The position numbers and the translations under genes are program-made. Shown here piece by piece: positions 38,269 through 48,200 of a stretch of DNA of 64,000 nt (positions are counted from its first letter, which is position 1; each line of letters opens with the position of its first letter). Location of the stretch: contig CAWJET010000001.1 in the NCBI GenBank assembly GCA_963842085.1, positions 1,728,001 to 1,792,000 of the forward strand, read 5' to 3'. This DNA comes from an uncultured delta proteobacterium. Lineage in GTDB: Bacteria > Desulfobacterota > Binatia > Binatales > Binataceae. The notes beneath the pieces are model-generated. The model saw nothing but the letters and a program-made list of their open reading frames with translations, had not been told where the DNA came from and searched no databases.

Positions 38269-38874
38269 ATGGTCAAGGTGGAATTTCATTTCGATTTCGG
38301 CAGTCCCAACGCCTATCTGAGCCACCTCGTGATTCCTGAAATCGAAAAGCGCGCGGGGGTGAAGTTCGAATACGTGCCCGTGCTGCTGGGCGGGGTCTTC
38401 AAGCTGACCAACAATCGCTCGCCGGCGCAAAGCCTGGCCGGCATCAAAAACAAGCCCGAGTACGAAAGGCTCGAGATGGCGCGCTTCATCAAACGTCACC
38501 GGATTACGCGATTTCAGAGCAATCCGTTTTTTCCCGTGAACACCCTTATGATGATGCGCGGGGCGATCGCCGCGCGGACGCTGGGCGTGTTCGAACGCTA
38601 CGTGGACGAGATGTTCCGGAACATGTGGGCTGATCCCAAAAAGATGGACGACCCCAGCGTGTTCCGCGCGGCGCTCGACGAGGCGGGGCTACCGACCGCG
38701 CGAATCCTCGAGCTGATCGAAACTCAGCCGGTGAAGGACCAACTGCTCGACAACACGAATCGCTCGGTCGGGCGCGGCACGTTCGGTTCGCCGACTTTCT
38801 ACGTCGGCAACGAGATCTTCTTCGGCAAGGATCGCCTGCGCGACGTCGAGGAAATGATCCTGGGGTCGGGCTAG
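38269..38874 (+). CDS. 2-hydroxychromene-2-carboxylate isomerase / kappa-GST (DsbA family)
   Basis: FDFGSPNAYL, GTFGSPTF..FFGKDRL. Confidence 0.93.
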   Translation: MVKVEFHFDFGSPNAYLSHLVIPEIEKRAGVKFEYVPVLLGGVFKLTNNRSPAQSLAGIKNKPEYERLEMARFIKRHRITRFQSNPFFPVNTLMMMRGAIAARTLGVFERYVDEMFRNMWADPKKMDDPSVFRAALDEAGLPTARILELIETQPVKDQLLDNTNRSVGRGTFGSPTFYVGNEIFFGKDRLRDVEEMILGSG

Positions 38875-38982
38875 TCAAATCCAATAATCTCGTGACAAGT
38901 GCGTCGCTCCTTCCCTTTGCCCTAAGCCGGGGAACGGCCTAGGCTGTGTGATCCCAGAATATTGGCATCGGAGGGTTGACTC

Positions 38983-39513
38983 ATGTCTGGCGACGACGAT
39001 GACCGCGAGATGCTGTTAGATGACGAACACCCCGGCCCACAAGTTCTCGAGTCCGCGCTTGCCAACACTGTCCTTAGCGAAGTCGTATCGCAACCGGCGC
39101 TGACGGTCTCCGCATCGACCACGCTTGCCGACGCGATCCACCTGATGCAACGGGAGCGGCGGGCCTGCGTGCTGGTCATGGAGAACGACCGCCTCGCCGG
39201 CATCTTCACCGAGCGCGACGTCCTGATGAAGGTGGCGGGACAACCGCTCGACCTCGCCCGCACTCCCGTGTCGGTGTCGATGACCGCCGATCCGTTCACG
39301 CTCCCAGCCGACGCGAATGTGGCGTTCGCGCTCAGCAAGATGGTGCTCGAGGGGTTCCGCCACATTCCGCTGGTCGACGACGACGGCCGTCCTACGGCGG
39401 TGGTCTCGATGCGCAACCTGATCGAGTATCTCGGCGAAATTTACTCGCGCGAGCTGCTGACTATGCCGCCCGAGCCGCATCAGCATCGCTTCAAGAGCCG
39501 CGAAGGGGCCTGA
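38983..39513 (+). CDS. CBS-domain protein
   Basis: LAGIFTERD, GFRHIPLVDDDG. Confidence 0.92.
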   Translation: MSGDDDDREMLLDDEHPGPQVLESALANTVLSEVVSQPALTVSASTTLADAIHLMQRERRACVLVMENDRLAGIFTERDVLMKVAGQPLDLARTPVSVSMTADPFTLPADANVAFALSKMVLEGFRHIPLVDDDGRPTAVVSMRNLIEYLGEIYSRELLTMPPEPHQHRFKSREGA

Positions 39514-39533
39514 ACTCTTCATCCTTCACCTCG

Positions 39534-40136
39534 ATGCGGTTAAAGCACCTTCGCGCGCCGGCTCTCCTGCTGACTCTTGCGCTGGTGCTCGGCGGGCTAT
39601 CGGGATGCGGCATCAACAAGATTCCTACCCTCGATGAGCAGGTGAAGGCCGCCTGGAGCGAGGTGCTGAACCAGTATCAGCGGCGTGCCGACCTCATTCC
39701 GAACCTCGTCGAGACGGTCAAGGGCTATGCGCACCAGGAGCAGACCGTCCTGACCCAGGTGACTGAGGCGCGCGCGCATGCCACGCAGATGCAGCTTCCG
39801 GCGGACATTCTGTCGAACCCGCAGGCGTTTCACCAGTTCGAGCAGAACCAGGCGGCCGTTACCGGCGCGCTCGGCCGCCTGCTCGCGGTAGCGGAGGCGT
39901 ATCCCGACCTCAAGTCGAATCAAAACTTCCTCGCGCTTCAATCGCAGCTCGAGGGCACCGAGAATCGAATCGCCGTGGCACGCCGGGATTACATTATTGC
40001 GGTGCAGAACTACAACACCATACTCAGGACCATTCCAGGACGATGGGTAGCGGCGATCGTCTACCCTGACATGAAGGTTCGCGAGACCTTCACGATCACC
40101 GAGCAAGCCCAACAGGTACCCCAGGTCAAGTTCTGA
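39534..40136 (+). CDS. lemA: LemA family protein
   Basis: QYQRRADLIPNLVETVKGYA, YPDLKSNQNF, LEGTENRIAVARRDY. Confidence 0.95.
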   Translation: MRLKHLRAPALLLTLALVLGGLSGCGINKIPTLDEQVKAAWSEVLNQYQRRADLIPNLVETVKGYAHQEQTVLTQVTEARAHATQMQLPADILSNPQAFHQFEQNQAAVTGALGRLLAVAEAYPDLKSNQNFLALQSQLEGTENRIAVARRDYIIAVQNYNTILRTIPGRWVAAIVYPDMKVRETFTITEQAQQVPQVKF

Positions 40137-40951
40137 TGCGCACTCGCTGCGCATGGGCGAGCAGCGTCATTGGAGCGGCGAATGCGCTGCTCATCCTGTC
40201 CCTGATCCTCGCGTCACCGGCGCTCGCCTCCGAAGCGAAGTTTCCGCCGCTCACGGGTCGCGTCGTCGATGATGCGGGCGTCCTGAACTCTTACACCGTG
40301 GGCGAACTCACCCTCATGCTGGCCGACCACGAGCGCATCACCGGCGAGCAAGTCGTGGTGGTCACCCTGCGTTCGCTCCAGGGATACCCGATCGAAGACT
40401 TCGGCTATCAGCTGGGCCGTCACTGGGGCATCGGGCAGAAAGGTAAGAATAACGGCGCGCTGCTAATCGTGGTTCCGAAGGAACACAAAGTTCGAATCGA
40501 AGTCGGCTACGGCCTCGAAGGAACCCTCACCGACGCGACCAGCCGGACCATCATCGAGCAATCTATCCTGCCCGCATTCCGACGCGGAGATTACAACTTC
40601 GGCGTTCTGGCCGGCACGCAAGCTATCCTGCAAGTGCTGGGTGGCAATGCGCTCAGCGCGGAGCCGGTGTCGCATCCGGTCGCAAATTCGGCGGCGGCCA
40701 CAGAGGGATTCGTTGTAGTGTGGTGCCTGCTGTTCTTTGGTCCGTGGCTAATTTTCTTCATCAACTGGTTCCGCCATCGCCATGACCCGATTTGGTGGGC
40801 CCAACACCGAGGTGCTCTCATCCTCCAGCGGGTCAACGGAGGCAGCCGATCTTCAAGCTGGGGCGGCGGAGGCGGAGGAGGTGGAGACGGCGGGGGCTTC
40901 TCCGGTGGCGGCGGATCGTTTGGCGGAGGCGGCGCCTCGGGTTCCTGGTGA
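40136..40951 (+). CDS. TPM-domain (YgcG-like) protein
   Basis: LTGRVVDDAG, WGIGQKG.NNG, RIEVGYGLEG, Gly-rich tail GGGGASGSW. Confidence 0.93.
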   Translation: MRTRCAWASSVIGAANALLILSLILASPALASEAKFPPLTGRVVDDAGVLNSYTVGELTLMLADHERITGEQVVVVTLRSLQGYPIEDFGYQLGRHWGIGQKGKNNGALLIVVPKEHKVRIEVGYGLEGTLTDATSRTIIEQSILPAFRRGDYNFGVLAGTQAILQVLGGNALSAEPVSHPVANSAAATEGFVVVWCLLFFGPWLIFFINWFRHRHDPIWWAQHRGALILQRVNGGSRSSSWGGGGGGGGDGGGFSGGGGSFGGGGASGSW

Positions 40952-41541
40952 TGGCATTGAATCGGCTTACCACCAGTGAGCGCGATCGTATCGAGGCCGC
41001 GATGAAAAGTGTCGGAGATCGGACCAGCGCCGACTTCGCGCTGGTGATCGTTCCGGCGAGCGATCGCTATACGCTCTATCCCGTTCTATGGGCCGCGATC
41101 ATCGCGCTTTCGGCGACGGGCATCGTCGCTCTGCTACGCCCCGGGTACACGATCCTTACCGACTTTCTAATCAATGGCGCGCTCTTCATCGCACTGGCCC
41201 TGGTACTTGACTGGATGCCGCTCCGGATGCGGCTCGTCCCGTCCGAAGTGAAGTGCAGACATGCGCGCGAACTGGCGCATCGCGAGTTTGCAGTCCGAAT
41301 CGTCGCGCCGGGCACGCATCGCGACGGCGTGATGTTCTTTGTTTCCATCGCCGAGCGTTACGTGGAAATCCTGGCCGATCGCGACACCCACGCCCTCGCG
41401 CCCGCCGGAACCTGGAACAAAATCGTCGATGAATTCCTGGCAACTGTAAAAGCCGGCCGCGTCGCCGACGGCGTTCTCCATGCCGTCGAGGCCTGCGGCG
41501 CCATCCTTGAGGAACACCATCCCGCCGCGAGCGCATCGTAA
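40951..41541 (+). CDS. TPM-domain membrane protein
   Basis: Translationally coupled; GVMFFVSIAERYVEILAD. Confidence 0.88.
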   Translation: MALNRLTTSERDRIEAAMKSVGDRTSADFALVIVPASDRYTLYPVLWAAIIALSATGIVALLRPGYTILTDFLINGALFIALALVLDWMPLRMRLVPSEVKCRHARELAHREFAVRIVAPGTHRDGVMFFVSIAERYVEILADRDTHALAPAGTWNKIVDEFLATVKAGRVADGVLHAVEACGAILEEHHPAASAS

Positions 41542-41581
41542 TCCTTGACGCGGCGCACGCGCCCGCGCTAACCCCACAGCT

Positions 41582-42451
41582 ATGCAAACGGTACACGCTG
41601 CCGACATCGAATGGGGCGAAGTTTCGGGGCATCGCTCGGGCGGGATCGAGTTCAAACGCTTGCTCCAAGGCACACCCGGCACGCCCGATAATTTCGAGCT
41701 GAGTATCGTGCGAACGGCCGGCGACTACTTCACCCCGCGCCATCGCCACAATTTCGACCAGGTCCGTTTCTGCCTAGAAGGCGCGATGAACTACGCACCC
41801 GGCAAGGATCTCAAGGCCGGCACCGTCGGTTACTTTCCCGAGGGCACCTTCTACGGCCCGCAGTCCGACACCAGCAAATCCGTCGTGTTGCTGCTGCAGA
41901 TGGGCGGGTCGGCCGGCTACGGCTTCATGAGCTATCAGCAGTTGCACGCGGGCTACGAAAAGCTGTCCGACCTCGGTCGATTCGATGGCGGAGTCTTCAC
42001 GCGCTCCACTCCTGACGGCCGCGTCATTCGCAAGGACGGCTACGAGGCGATTTGGGAGCACGTCAACGGCCGCCCCGTCGAGTATCCGGCGCCGCGCTAC
42101 GAGGAGCCGGTGGTCATTCATCCCGAGGGCTTCGGATGGCTTGCGACGCGCGACCCGGGCTTCGAGTTGAAGCACATGGCAACGTTCGGCGAGCGCGCCG
42201 TGAACATCGGACAGATCCGCGCCACGCGCGGAGCGCGTCACCTCGTCGATCGGCATCGCGCGCCCGAGCTCCTGCTCGTCGAGCGCGGTGCGATTCGCGA
42301 CGTTACCTCGGGCGAGGTGCTCGACACTCACTCGGCGTTCCGCGTCGATCCCGCCGACACCGGCCGCGCACTCGAAGTCGTGGAAGACTGCGTGCTGTTC
42401 TTCGTCCAGCTTCCGAAATTCGACACGAAATCGGCAGCCGCAGCCGCCTGA
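41582..42451 (+). CDS. cupin-like hypothetical protein
   Basis: TPRHRHNFDQVRF..GYFPEGTFYGPQ cupin-type motif. Confidence 0.8.
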   Translation: MQTVHAADIEWGEVSGHRSGGIEFKRLLQGTPGTPDNFELSIVRTAGDYFTPRHRHNFDQVRFCLEGAMNYAPGKDLKAGTVGYFPEGTFYGPQSDTSKSVVLLLQMGGSAGYGFMSYQQLHAGYEKLSDLGRFDGGVFTRSTPDGRVIRKDGYEAIWEHVNGRPVEYPAPRYEEPVVIHPEGFGWLATRDPGFELKHMATFGERAVNIGQIRATRGARHLVDRHRAPELLLVERGAIRDVTSGEVLDTHSAFRVDPADTGRALEVVEDCVLFFVQLPKFDTKSAAAAA

Positions 42452-42486
42452 GCGCTGCACGCGGCTGACTACTGGAGGCCCTCACG

Positions 42487-43488
42487 ATGGCATCAACGAC
42501 CGCAATACCGCGCGCGCACGGCGCCCGCACTCCCAAACCGCGCGCACGCGGTGGCCGCGCTAAGACGCCTGCGGGATTCCATCAATCGTGGTACGCGATC
42601 GCGCGCTCCGACGAAGTTGGCCTCGGCGAAGTGATCGGCCGCGACTTCCTCGACGGCCGGGCGATCGCCTATCGCGGCGAGAACGGCCAGGCCGTCGTGA
42701 TGAACGCGTATTGCCGCCATCTCGGCGCCGACTTGAGCATGGGCAAAGTCGTCGGCAACGACATCCGATGCGCGTTCCATCATTGGCAATACGGTGCCGA
42801 CGGCGGATGCACCAAAATTCCCGCGTCCGAAAAAATTCCCAAGGCTGCAAGAGTGTTCAAATTTCCGAGCGCCGAGAAGTGGGGACTGATTTGGGCGTTC
42901 AACGGAACCACGCCGCTGTTCGACGTGCCCGAATTCGTCGGCTACGCCGAGCCCGACCTCGACGTCCGCACCGCGGAGGCATTCGATTTGCCGGTCGAGC
43001 CGTGGGTGCCCTTCACCAACTCGATGGATTTTCAGCATCTGCGCGTCCTGCACGGTCTCAAGATTGAATGCGACCCCGACGCGATCGACGTCGGCGACTA
43101 CCGCATCCAGTATGATGTGCGCTTCGAGGATCCCAACCTCGGCGTCTTCGATCAGCGAATCCGCGTGACCGGCACCAACACGATCGCGCTGGCAGGACGC
43201 CTCAACGGCATGGCGATTCTCTCGATGGCGACCGGGACGCCGACGCCCGACGGCCGCACCCACGGATGGTCCGTCACGGCGACGCCGAAGTCCGAGGGCA
43301 ACGACGCCGAGCGCGAGCAGCGGCTCCAGATCGGCGAGGCATTCTTCCGCCGCCTCATCCAGGAAGACGAGCCCATCATGCAGACCATCCGCTTTCACGA
43401 CGGCTTGCTGATCGACGCCGACCGCGCGCTCGCGCGCTTCCTGCAATACGTGCGGCGCTTTCCAACCGCGCGACCCGCCGCGGATTAA
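42487..43488 (+). CDS. Rieske non-heme iron oxygenase alpha subunit (KshA/VanA-like)
   Basis: CRHLG..CAFHHW Rieske ligands; NSMDFQHLRVLHG mononuclear Fe motif. Confidence 0.92.
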   Translation: MASTTAIPRAHGARTPKPRARGGRAKTPAGFHQSWYAIARSDEVGLGEVIGRDFLDGRAIAYRGENGQAVVMNAYCRHLGADLSMGKVVGNDIRCAFHHWQYGADGGCTKIPASEKIPKAARVFKFPSAEKWGLIWAFNGTTPLFDVPEFVGYAEPDLDVRTAEAFDLPVEPWVPFTNSMDFQHLRVLHGLKIECDPDAIDVGDYRIQYDVRFEDPNLGVFDQRIRVTGTNTIALAGRLNGMAILSMATGTPTPDGRTHGWSVTATPKSEGNDAEREQRLQIGEAFFRRLIQEDEPIMQTIRFHDGLLIDADRALARFLQYVRRFPTARPAAD

Positions 43489-43507
43489 CCGACAGGAGGC
43501 AAATAAA

Positions 43508-44287
43508 ATGGCTCGTCTGACCGGCAAGGTAGCGTTAATCGTCGGCGGCGGTGCGGACGGCCCGGCTAAAGCGGGCGACAAGCTCTCGATCGGCAACGGC
43601 CGCGCCACCGCAATCATGTGCGCGCGCGAAGGCGCGTCCGTGATGGTCGCCGATCGCTCGCTCGAGCTCGCGCAGCAGACCGCCGCCGCGATTCGCGACG
43701 AAGGTGGACGCGCCGACGCCGTCGCCGCCGACGTCAGCGTCGAGGAGCAATGCCGCGGCGCCGTCGAAGCCACGACGCGCGCGTTCTCCGCGCTCCATCT
43801 GCTCGTGAACAACGTCGGCATCGCCATCGGCGGCAACCTGTTGAAGACCAGCACCGAGCACTTCGATACGATGCTTGCCGTCAACCTCCGCAGCCATTTC
43901 CTGATGATGCGCTATGCAGTACCGGAAATTGCGAAAGCCGGCGGCGGCGCGATCGTCAACGTCTCGTCCCTGGCCGCGCTGCGCAGCAACTCGCAGATTT
44001 CCTACGAGGCGACCAAGGCCGCGCTGCTGGGACTCTCGCGCTCGGCCGCGGTTTCGCACGCGCGCGACAATATCCGGGTCAACACGATTCTGCCTGGACT
44101 TATCGACTCCTCGATGGTGCGACGGCTCGTCGGCGACCGCGAGAGCGCCGTCGCCCCGCGAATCCCGATGCGCCGGCAGGGCACGCCGTGGGAAATCGCA
44201 AATGCGATCGTCTTCCTCCTCTCCGACGACGCGTCCTACATCACCGGCACCGAATTGATCGTCGACGGCGGCCTCGCCGCACGCTGA
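43508..44287 (+). CDS. SDR-family oxidoreductase
   Basis: IGNGRA, NNVG, YEATK, VDGG. Confidence 0.93.
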   Translation: MARLTGKVALIVGGGADGPAKAGDKLSIGNGRATAIMCAREGASVMVADRSLELAQQTAAAIRDEGGRADAVAADVSVEEQCRGAVEATTRAFSALHLLVNNVGIAIGGNLLKTSTEHFDTMLAVNLRSHFLMMRYAVPEIAKAGGGAIVNVSSLAALRSNSQISYEATKAALLGLSRSAAVSHARDNIRVNTILPGLIDSSMVRRLVGDRESAVAPRIPMRRQGTPWEIANAIVFLLSDDASYITGTELIVDGGLAAR

Positions 44288-44304
44288 ACGCCGCGAGGTG
44301 AATC

Positions 44305-45315
44305 GTGCGCAAGGTGAAAGTTGGCTATCAGCTCGATTTCCGCAATCCACCCGGCTCGACGCTGTCGTTTCGCGACCTCTACCGCGAATCGCTCGCGCAG
44401 GTTGAGGCCGCCGAGCAGCTCGGCTTCGATTCCATCTGGCTCACCGAGCATCACTTTACCGACGACGGCTACCTGCCCGCGCTGATGCCCGCGGCGGCTG
44501 CGATCGCGGCGCGCACGACGCGCGTCACCATCGGCACCTACGTCCTGCTGGCGCCGTTTTTTCATCCGCTGAAGCTGGCGGAGGAGGCGGCCTTCGTCGA
44601 CGTAGTCTCGGGCGGTCGGCTTAGGCTGGGAATCGGTCTCGGTTATCGCGCCGAGGAGTTCGAGGGCTTCGGCGTGCCGCGCGCCCAGCGACTCGGTCGC
44701 ACGCTCGAGACCATCGAAATTCTCAAGCACGCGTGGACCGGCGAGCGATTCAGCTTCGACGGTAAATATTTCAAGTTCCGCGACGTGCGCGTGCTGCCGC
44801 GACCTGTAAGCCAGCCGCATCCCGAACTCCTGTGGGGCGCAGGCGCGGCCAAGTCGATTCGGCGCGCGGCCGAGCTCGATCTCGGGTTCGCATGCGTCGG
44901 CGGCCGCCGGGAAATCGGCATCTATCTCGAGGCGCTCAAGGCCGCGGGCAAGGACGTCGCGCGCTATAGCATCGTCAACAGCCGCGTAGTTTACGTCGCC
45001 GACAGCGAGGAGCAGGCGTGGCGCGACACGCGCGACGCGCTCATGTACCAGGCCGAGCTCTACGGGAAATGGCTCTCTGCCGCGGCAGGCACCACCGACC
45101 AGAGCAAGGTGCTGATTCGTCCTGACCCCGAGCGTCTCAGACGCACCAGCGTGCTGGGAACGGCCTCCGATGTCGCCGCGCGGCTCGGCGAAATACTCGA
45201 ATCGACCCCGATGACCGAGCTTATCGTCGTGACGCAGTTGCCGGGGCTCGATCCCGCCAAGGCGCGCCGCTCGCTCGACAGGTTCGGCGCCGAAATCCTG
45301 CCGCGTCTCAGGTAG
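44305..45315 (+). CDS. LLM-class flavin-dependent oxidoreductase
   Basis: GFDSIWLTEHH, HPLKLAEE, SGGRLRLGIGLGYR. Confidence 0.93.
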   Translation: MRKVKVGYQLDFRNPPGSTLSFRDLYRESLAQVEAAEQLGFDSIWLTEHHFTDDGYLPALMPAAAAIAARTTRVTIGTYVLLAPFFHPLKLAEEAAFVDVVSGGRLRLGIGLGYRAEEFEGFGVPRAQRLGRTLETIEILKHAWTGERFSFDGKYFKFRDVRVLPRPVSQPHPELLWGAGAAKSIRRAAELDLGFACVGGRREIGIYLEALKAAGKDVARYSIVNSRVVYVADSEEQAWRDTRDALMYQAELYGKWLSAAAGTTDQSKVLIRPDPERLRRTSVLGTASDVAARLGEILESTPMTELIVVTQLPGLDPAKARRSLDRFGAEILPRLR

Positions 45316-45328
45316 CCTGGCTGTCGGA

Positions 45329-45360
45329 AAAAGAAAGCCCCCGGAGTTACCGGGGGGCTG
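45329..45360 (-). terminator. intrinsic terminator between convergent genes
   Basis: agcccccgg-agtta-ccggggggct hairpin preceded by an A-rich run (U tract on the minus strand). Confidence 0.65.
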
Positions 45361-45379
45361 TCGATCTCACAATTCTACA

Positions 45380-47695
45380 TCACGGCAGGTCTGGCGAGAT
45401 TGTGGCAATCGACTCTCTCATGGCTTTTAGCTGGTTGAAGATTCCCAGCAGCTTCGTGCGATCGCGATGCTTGCCGGCCTTTTGCAACTCGACCTGGAGG
45501 TTCTGCGCCTGGGTCTGAACGGTGAGGTAATCGTCCGGCACGGCCACGTGCGCTCCCGCAATGACGCGGTCAACGTCGCCAAGATCCGAGGTGCAGTTGA
45601 GGACCGGTACTGTAATGGGCAAGCCGGCATCAATTCGATTGATGGAATCGTCCACCAGCCGCTCGCAATCGGCGATGCTGTATACAGTGCTCAACGCGCG
45701 CAGGAAGAAGCCGATCTGATTCAATACCTGCTGCGTGTCGCCGCCAGTATAAGTGCTGGCCAGGTTGGTCAGCGACAAAGCTCCGCAACCCGTCCCACCA
45801 GGGCAGCCTCTGCCTCTTGGGGGAGCAGAGGGAAACCCGGCGTCTAGAGACTCGTCGAAGGCGGTGGTGAAGTAGAACGACGCGGCGTCCTCGATATTGG
45901 TGGCGATTCCGCTGTCGTGGAAGAACGCATTCTTGCGAGGGGCTTCGATGATCGACTGGATGTTAAAATCGCCCTGAAACGCCCCCTGATCCTGGGGGAT
46001 CACGACCGGGGAAACCACCTCATTTAGCGGAAGCGAGCCACCGGGGCCCGAAAAACCGGCAAACGGATCGCCAACTTCCCTCAAGGCATCCGTGTTAGTG
46101 CTGGTGATGAAGTTTCTTCCTGCTTTGCTTAGCCGCTGACTGGCGATTCCAAGATTGAGCCAGGTGATTTCGTTATCTACCACCGTGTCTCCGATCACGG
46201 TTGGCCAAGCCGGCTCGACCGCGCCGGAGGTTCCAACGGCACCGGCGCTGCTGGTGTAGGCGAGGAAGAGATACGGATTGGTCGCATCGGTCGGCGTTAC
46301 GACGCCCCATCGCGAATTGTTCGGCGAGCCGATTGCCGGGACGTAGGTTTGACCGGGCTGCCATGTCGTCGCGACATTTTCCGGGCTGACGACCAGAGCT
46401 GGCGCTAAGGCGGGTTCTCCGCGAATGCCATCGGCAGTAGCCTGCGCCCCGCCGTTGAAATGGCAGAGATTACAGCTCGCACGGCTGTCGAGAAAGATTG
46501 CCTTGCCCGTCTCCGCAACAGCGTCGTTGAAGGTGATTACGCTTTGCGAGAATGAAGTCTGAGTTCCGTTCCTGCCTGTGGCGAAAGCGCTGGCCGAGAA
46601 CTGCGCGCCCGTGCAAATCGCCGAGGGAGCCGAGTTGGAACAGAGCGCGAGTTCGAATTGGCGGCCTAGGTATTCCTGGAATGCTGCCATCGCGTCGAGT
46701 TCGGCGGCAGTTGGGCATCGAAAATCGGGGCCGGGAACCCGGTTCAGGCTGCGCGTAAAATGTTTGCGGACCGCGCCAAGTGAAAATGTCCGGAGCGCAA
46801 GCGTGAGATCGGTCGGACGCGCCGCAAACTCATTGATCGCGTCAACGCAGTCGGCGTTCTTCGGAGAATTGGCAATTATCGACGGATCGATCAGGGCACC
46901 GTCTCCACCCCATCCAAGTTCAATATCCCGGGTGCCGTCGTCGGCGACGCCTCCTCCGATAGCTGCACCCGGACAAGGTGCAGCAACTATCATGAAGCCG
47001 CCGCTGCCTGTGCCCGAGGTCACCGACGCGAAAGTGAACTGCGTCGCCGAGAGCACGCCGGAGGCTGTAGTAGGCGCGATCAGGCCAGTTACCGTTGCGG
47101 TCGCATTGAATCCATCAATCGAATTGTTTTCGAATGAGATTGTCTCTCCTTCGAAAAGCTCCATGGGTTCGATCATCGTCACGGTAGCAGTCGCACCGTC
47201 GCCCGTGATCGAGGAAACCACCCCGGAATTCACGCAGAGGTTCGAGGTCGTAAACGCCAAACCTCCGAGCGCCATCGAAGCCCGGAGCGGACCTTCGGGG
47301 TTGTTGACGTTGCCCGGGGGTCCGTTCGCGATGTTGAACAACGTTAGCTTCTGAACTGTCGTCGGGTTTTCAAGATTCGGGTTCTTAGTCGCCAGAACCA
47401 GGTTCCTGTCGTGAGCACTCATCGAGGCGAGGTCCGAGGGAGCCAGGCCGTAGTCGTGCTCGGGTATATGGCAGGTCTTGCAGGTGCGGCCGTTGCCGTT
47501 GAATGTTTCCTGGGTGAAAAGCTTGAATCCCTTATCGATCAGCTTTGCGCCCTTTACGTCAAATGCCGACGCGGTCGGCGAGCCAGCCAACCCCCATGCC
47601 AGCAGTGCCAAGGCATGGATTGTGAGGGTTGACCGCCAGGTGCTTTGTCTTGCGACTCGCTTGCGGCAGGAAATCAGCCGGTGCTGCAGTTTCAT
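45380..47695 (-). CDS. secreted di-heme c-type cytochrome (CCP/MauG-like architecture) with inserted domains
   Basis: GGGAGG RBS, signal peptide, ETFNGNGRTCKTCH and CNLCHFNGG heme motifs, AFFHD. Confidence 0.8.
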   Translation of the reverse strand: MKLQHRLISCRKRVARQSTWRSTLTIHALALLAWGLAGSPTASAFDVKGAKLIDKGFKLFTQETFNGNGRTCKTCHIPEHDYGLAPSDLASMSAHDRNLVLATKNPNLENPTTVQKLTLFNIANGPPGNVNNPEGPLRASMALGGLAFTTSNLCVNSGVVSSITGDGATATVTMIEPMELFEGETISFENNSIDGFNATATVTGLIAPTTASGVLSATQFTFASVTSGTGSGGFMIVAAPCPGAAIGGGVADDGTRDIELGWGGDGALIDPSIIANSPKNADCVDAINEFAARPTDLTLALRTFSLGAVRKHFTRSLNRVPGPDFRCPTAAELDAMAAFQEYLGRQFELALCSNSAPSAICTGAQFSASAFATGRNGTQTSFSQSVITFNDAVAETGKAIFLDSRASCNLCHFNGGAQATADGIRGEPALAPALVVSPENVATTWQPGQTYVPAIGSPNNSRWGVVTPTDATNPYLFLAYTSSAGAVGTSGAVEPAWPTVIGDTVVDNEITWLNLGIASQRLSKAGRNFITSTNTDALREVGDPFAGFSGPGGSLPLNEVVSPVVIPQDQGAFQGDFNIQSIIEAPRKNAFFHDSGIATNIEDAASFYFTTAFDESLDAGFPSAPPRGRGCPGGTGCGALSLTNLASTYTGGDTQQVLNQIGFFLRALSTVYSIADCERLVDDSINRIDAGLPITVPVLNCTSDLGDVDRVIAGAHVAVPDDYLTVQTQAQNLQVELQKAGKHRDRTKLLGIFNQLKAMRESIATISPDLP

Positions 47696-48200
47696 CGCAA
47701 ATCCTCCCGTTAAGACAAGCAGGCCAATCCGCACATTTGGACCGCAACGTAGTCGCCACTCGCCGGCGTGGCGGTCGCTCGACCGGGTTCGGCGCCGAAG
47801 TCCTGCCGCGTCTCAGGCAGCTTCGATTCCGGAAGAAGAAAACCCCGAGTTGATGGGGTTTTCGGTTCACACGACCAAGTTGATCCCGGTCCCCTTGGGA
47901 CAGTTGCCGGAAGATTCATCGCAGAAAACTATCGGTAGAGTCAATCGTTTTATTGAACCTACTTTAGATAACAATCGCATATCTCGCTATTTTGCATCTT
48001 AGACACTCATTGGCGGAGTGCATGATGTCGGCTCGTGACCTGAGGTTCGCACGCTTCATTGGCCCTCTTCCAATGAATATTGCGCGGGCACAAACGTCTC
48101 ATGCGGCGCAGCTAGCTCGTAACCAGCAGACGTTCCCGCCAGAGCGCGGCCCGGCGGCTGCGTTTGCCGAATGCTCCGGCGCCATCGTAGAGTGAGTTGC

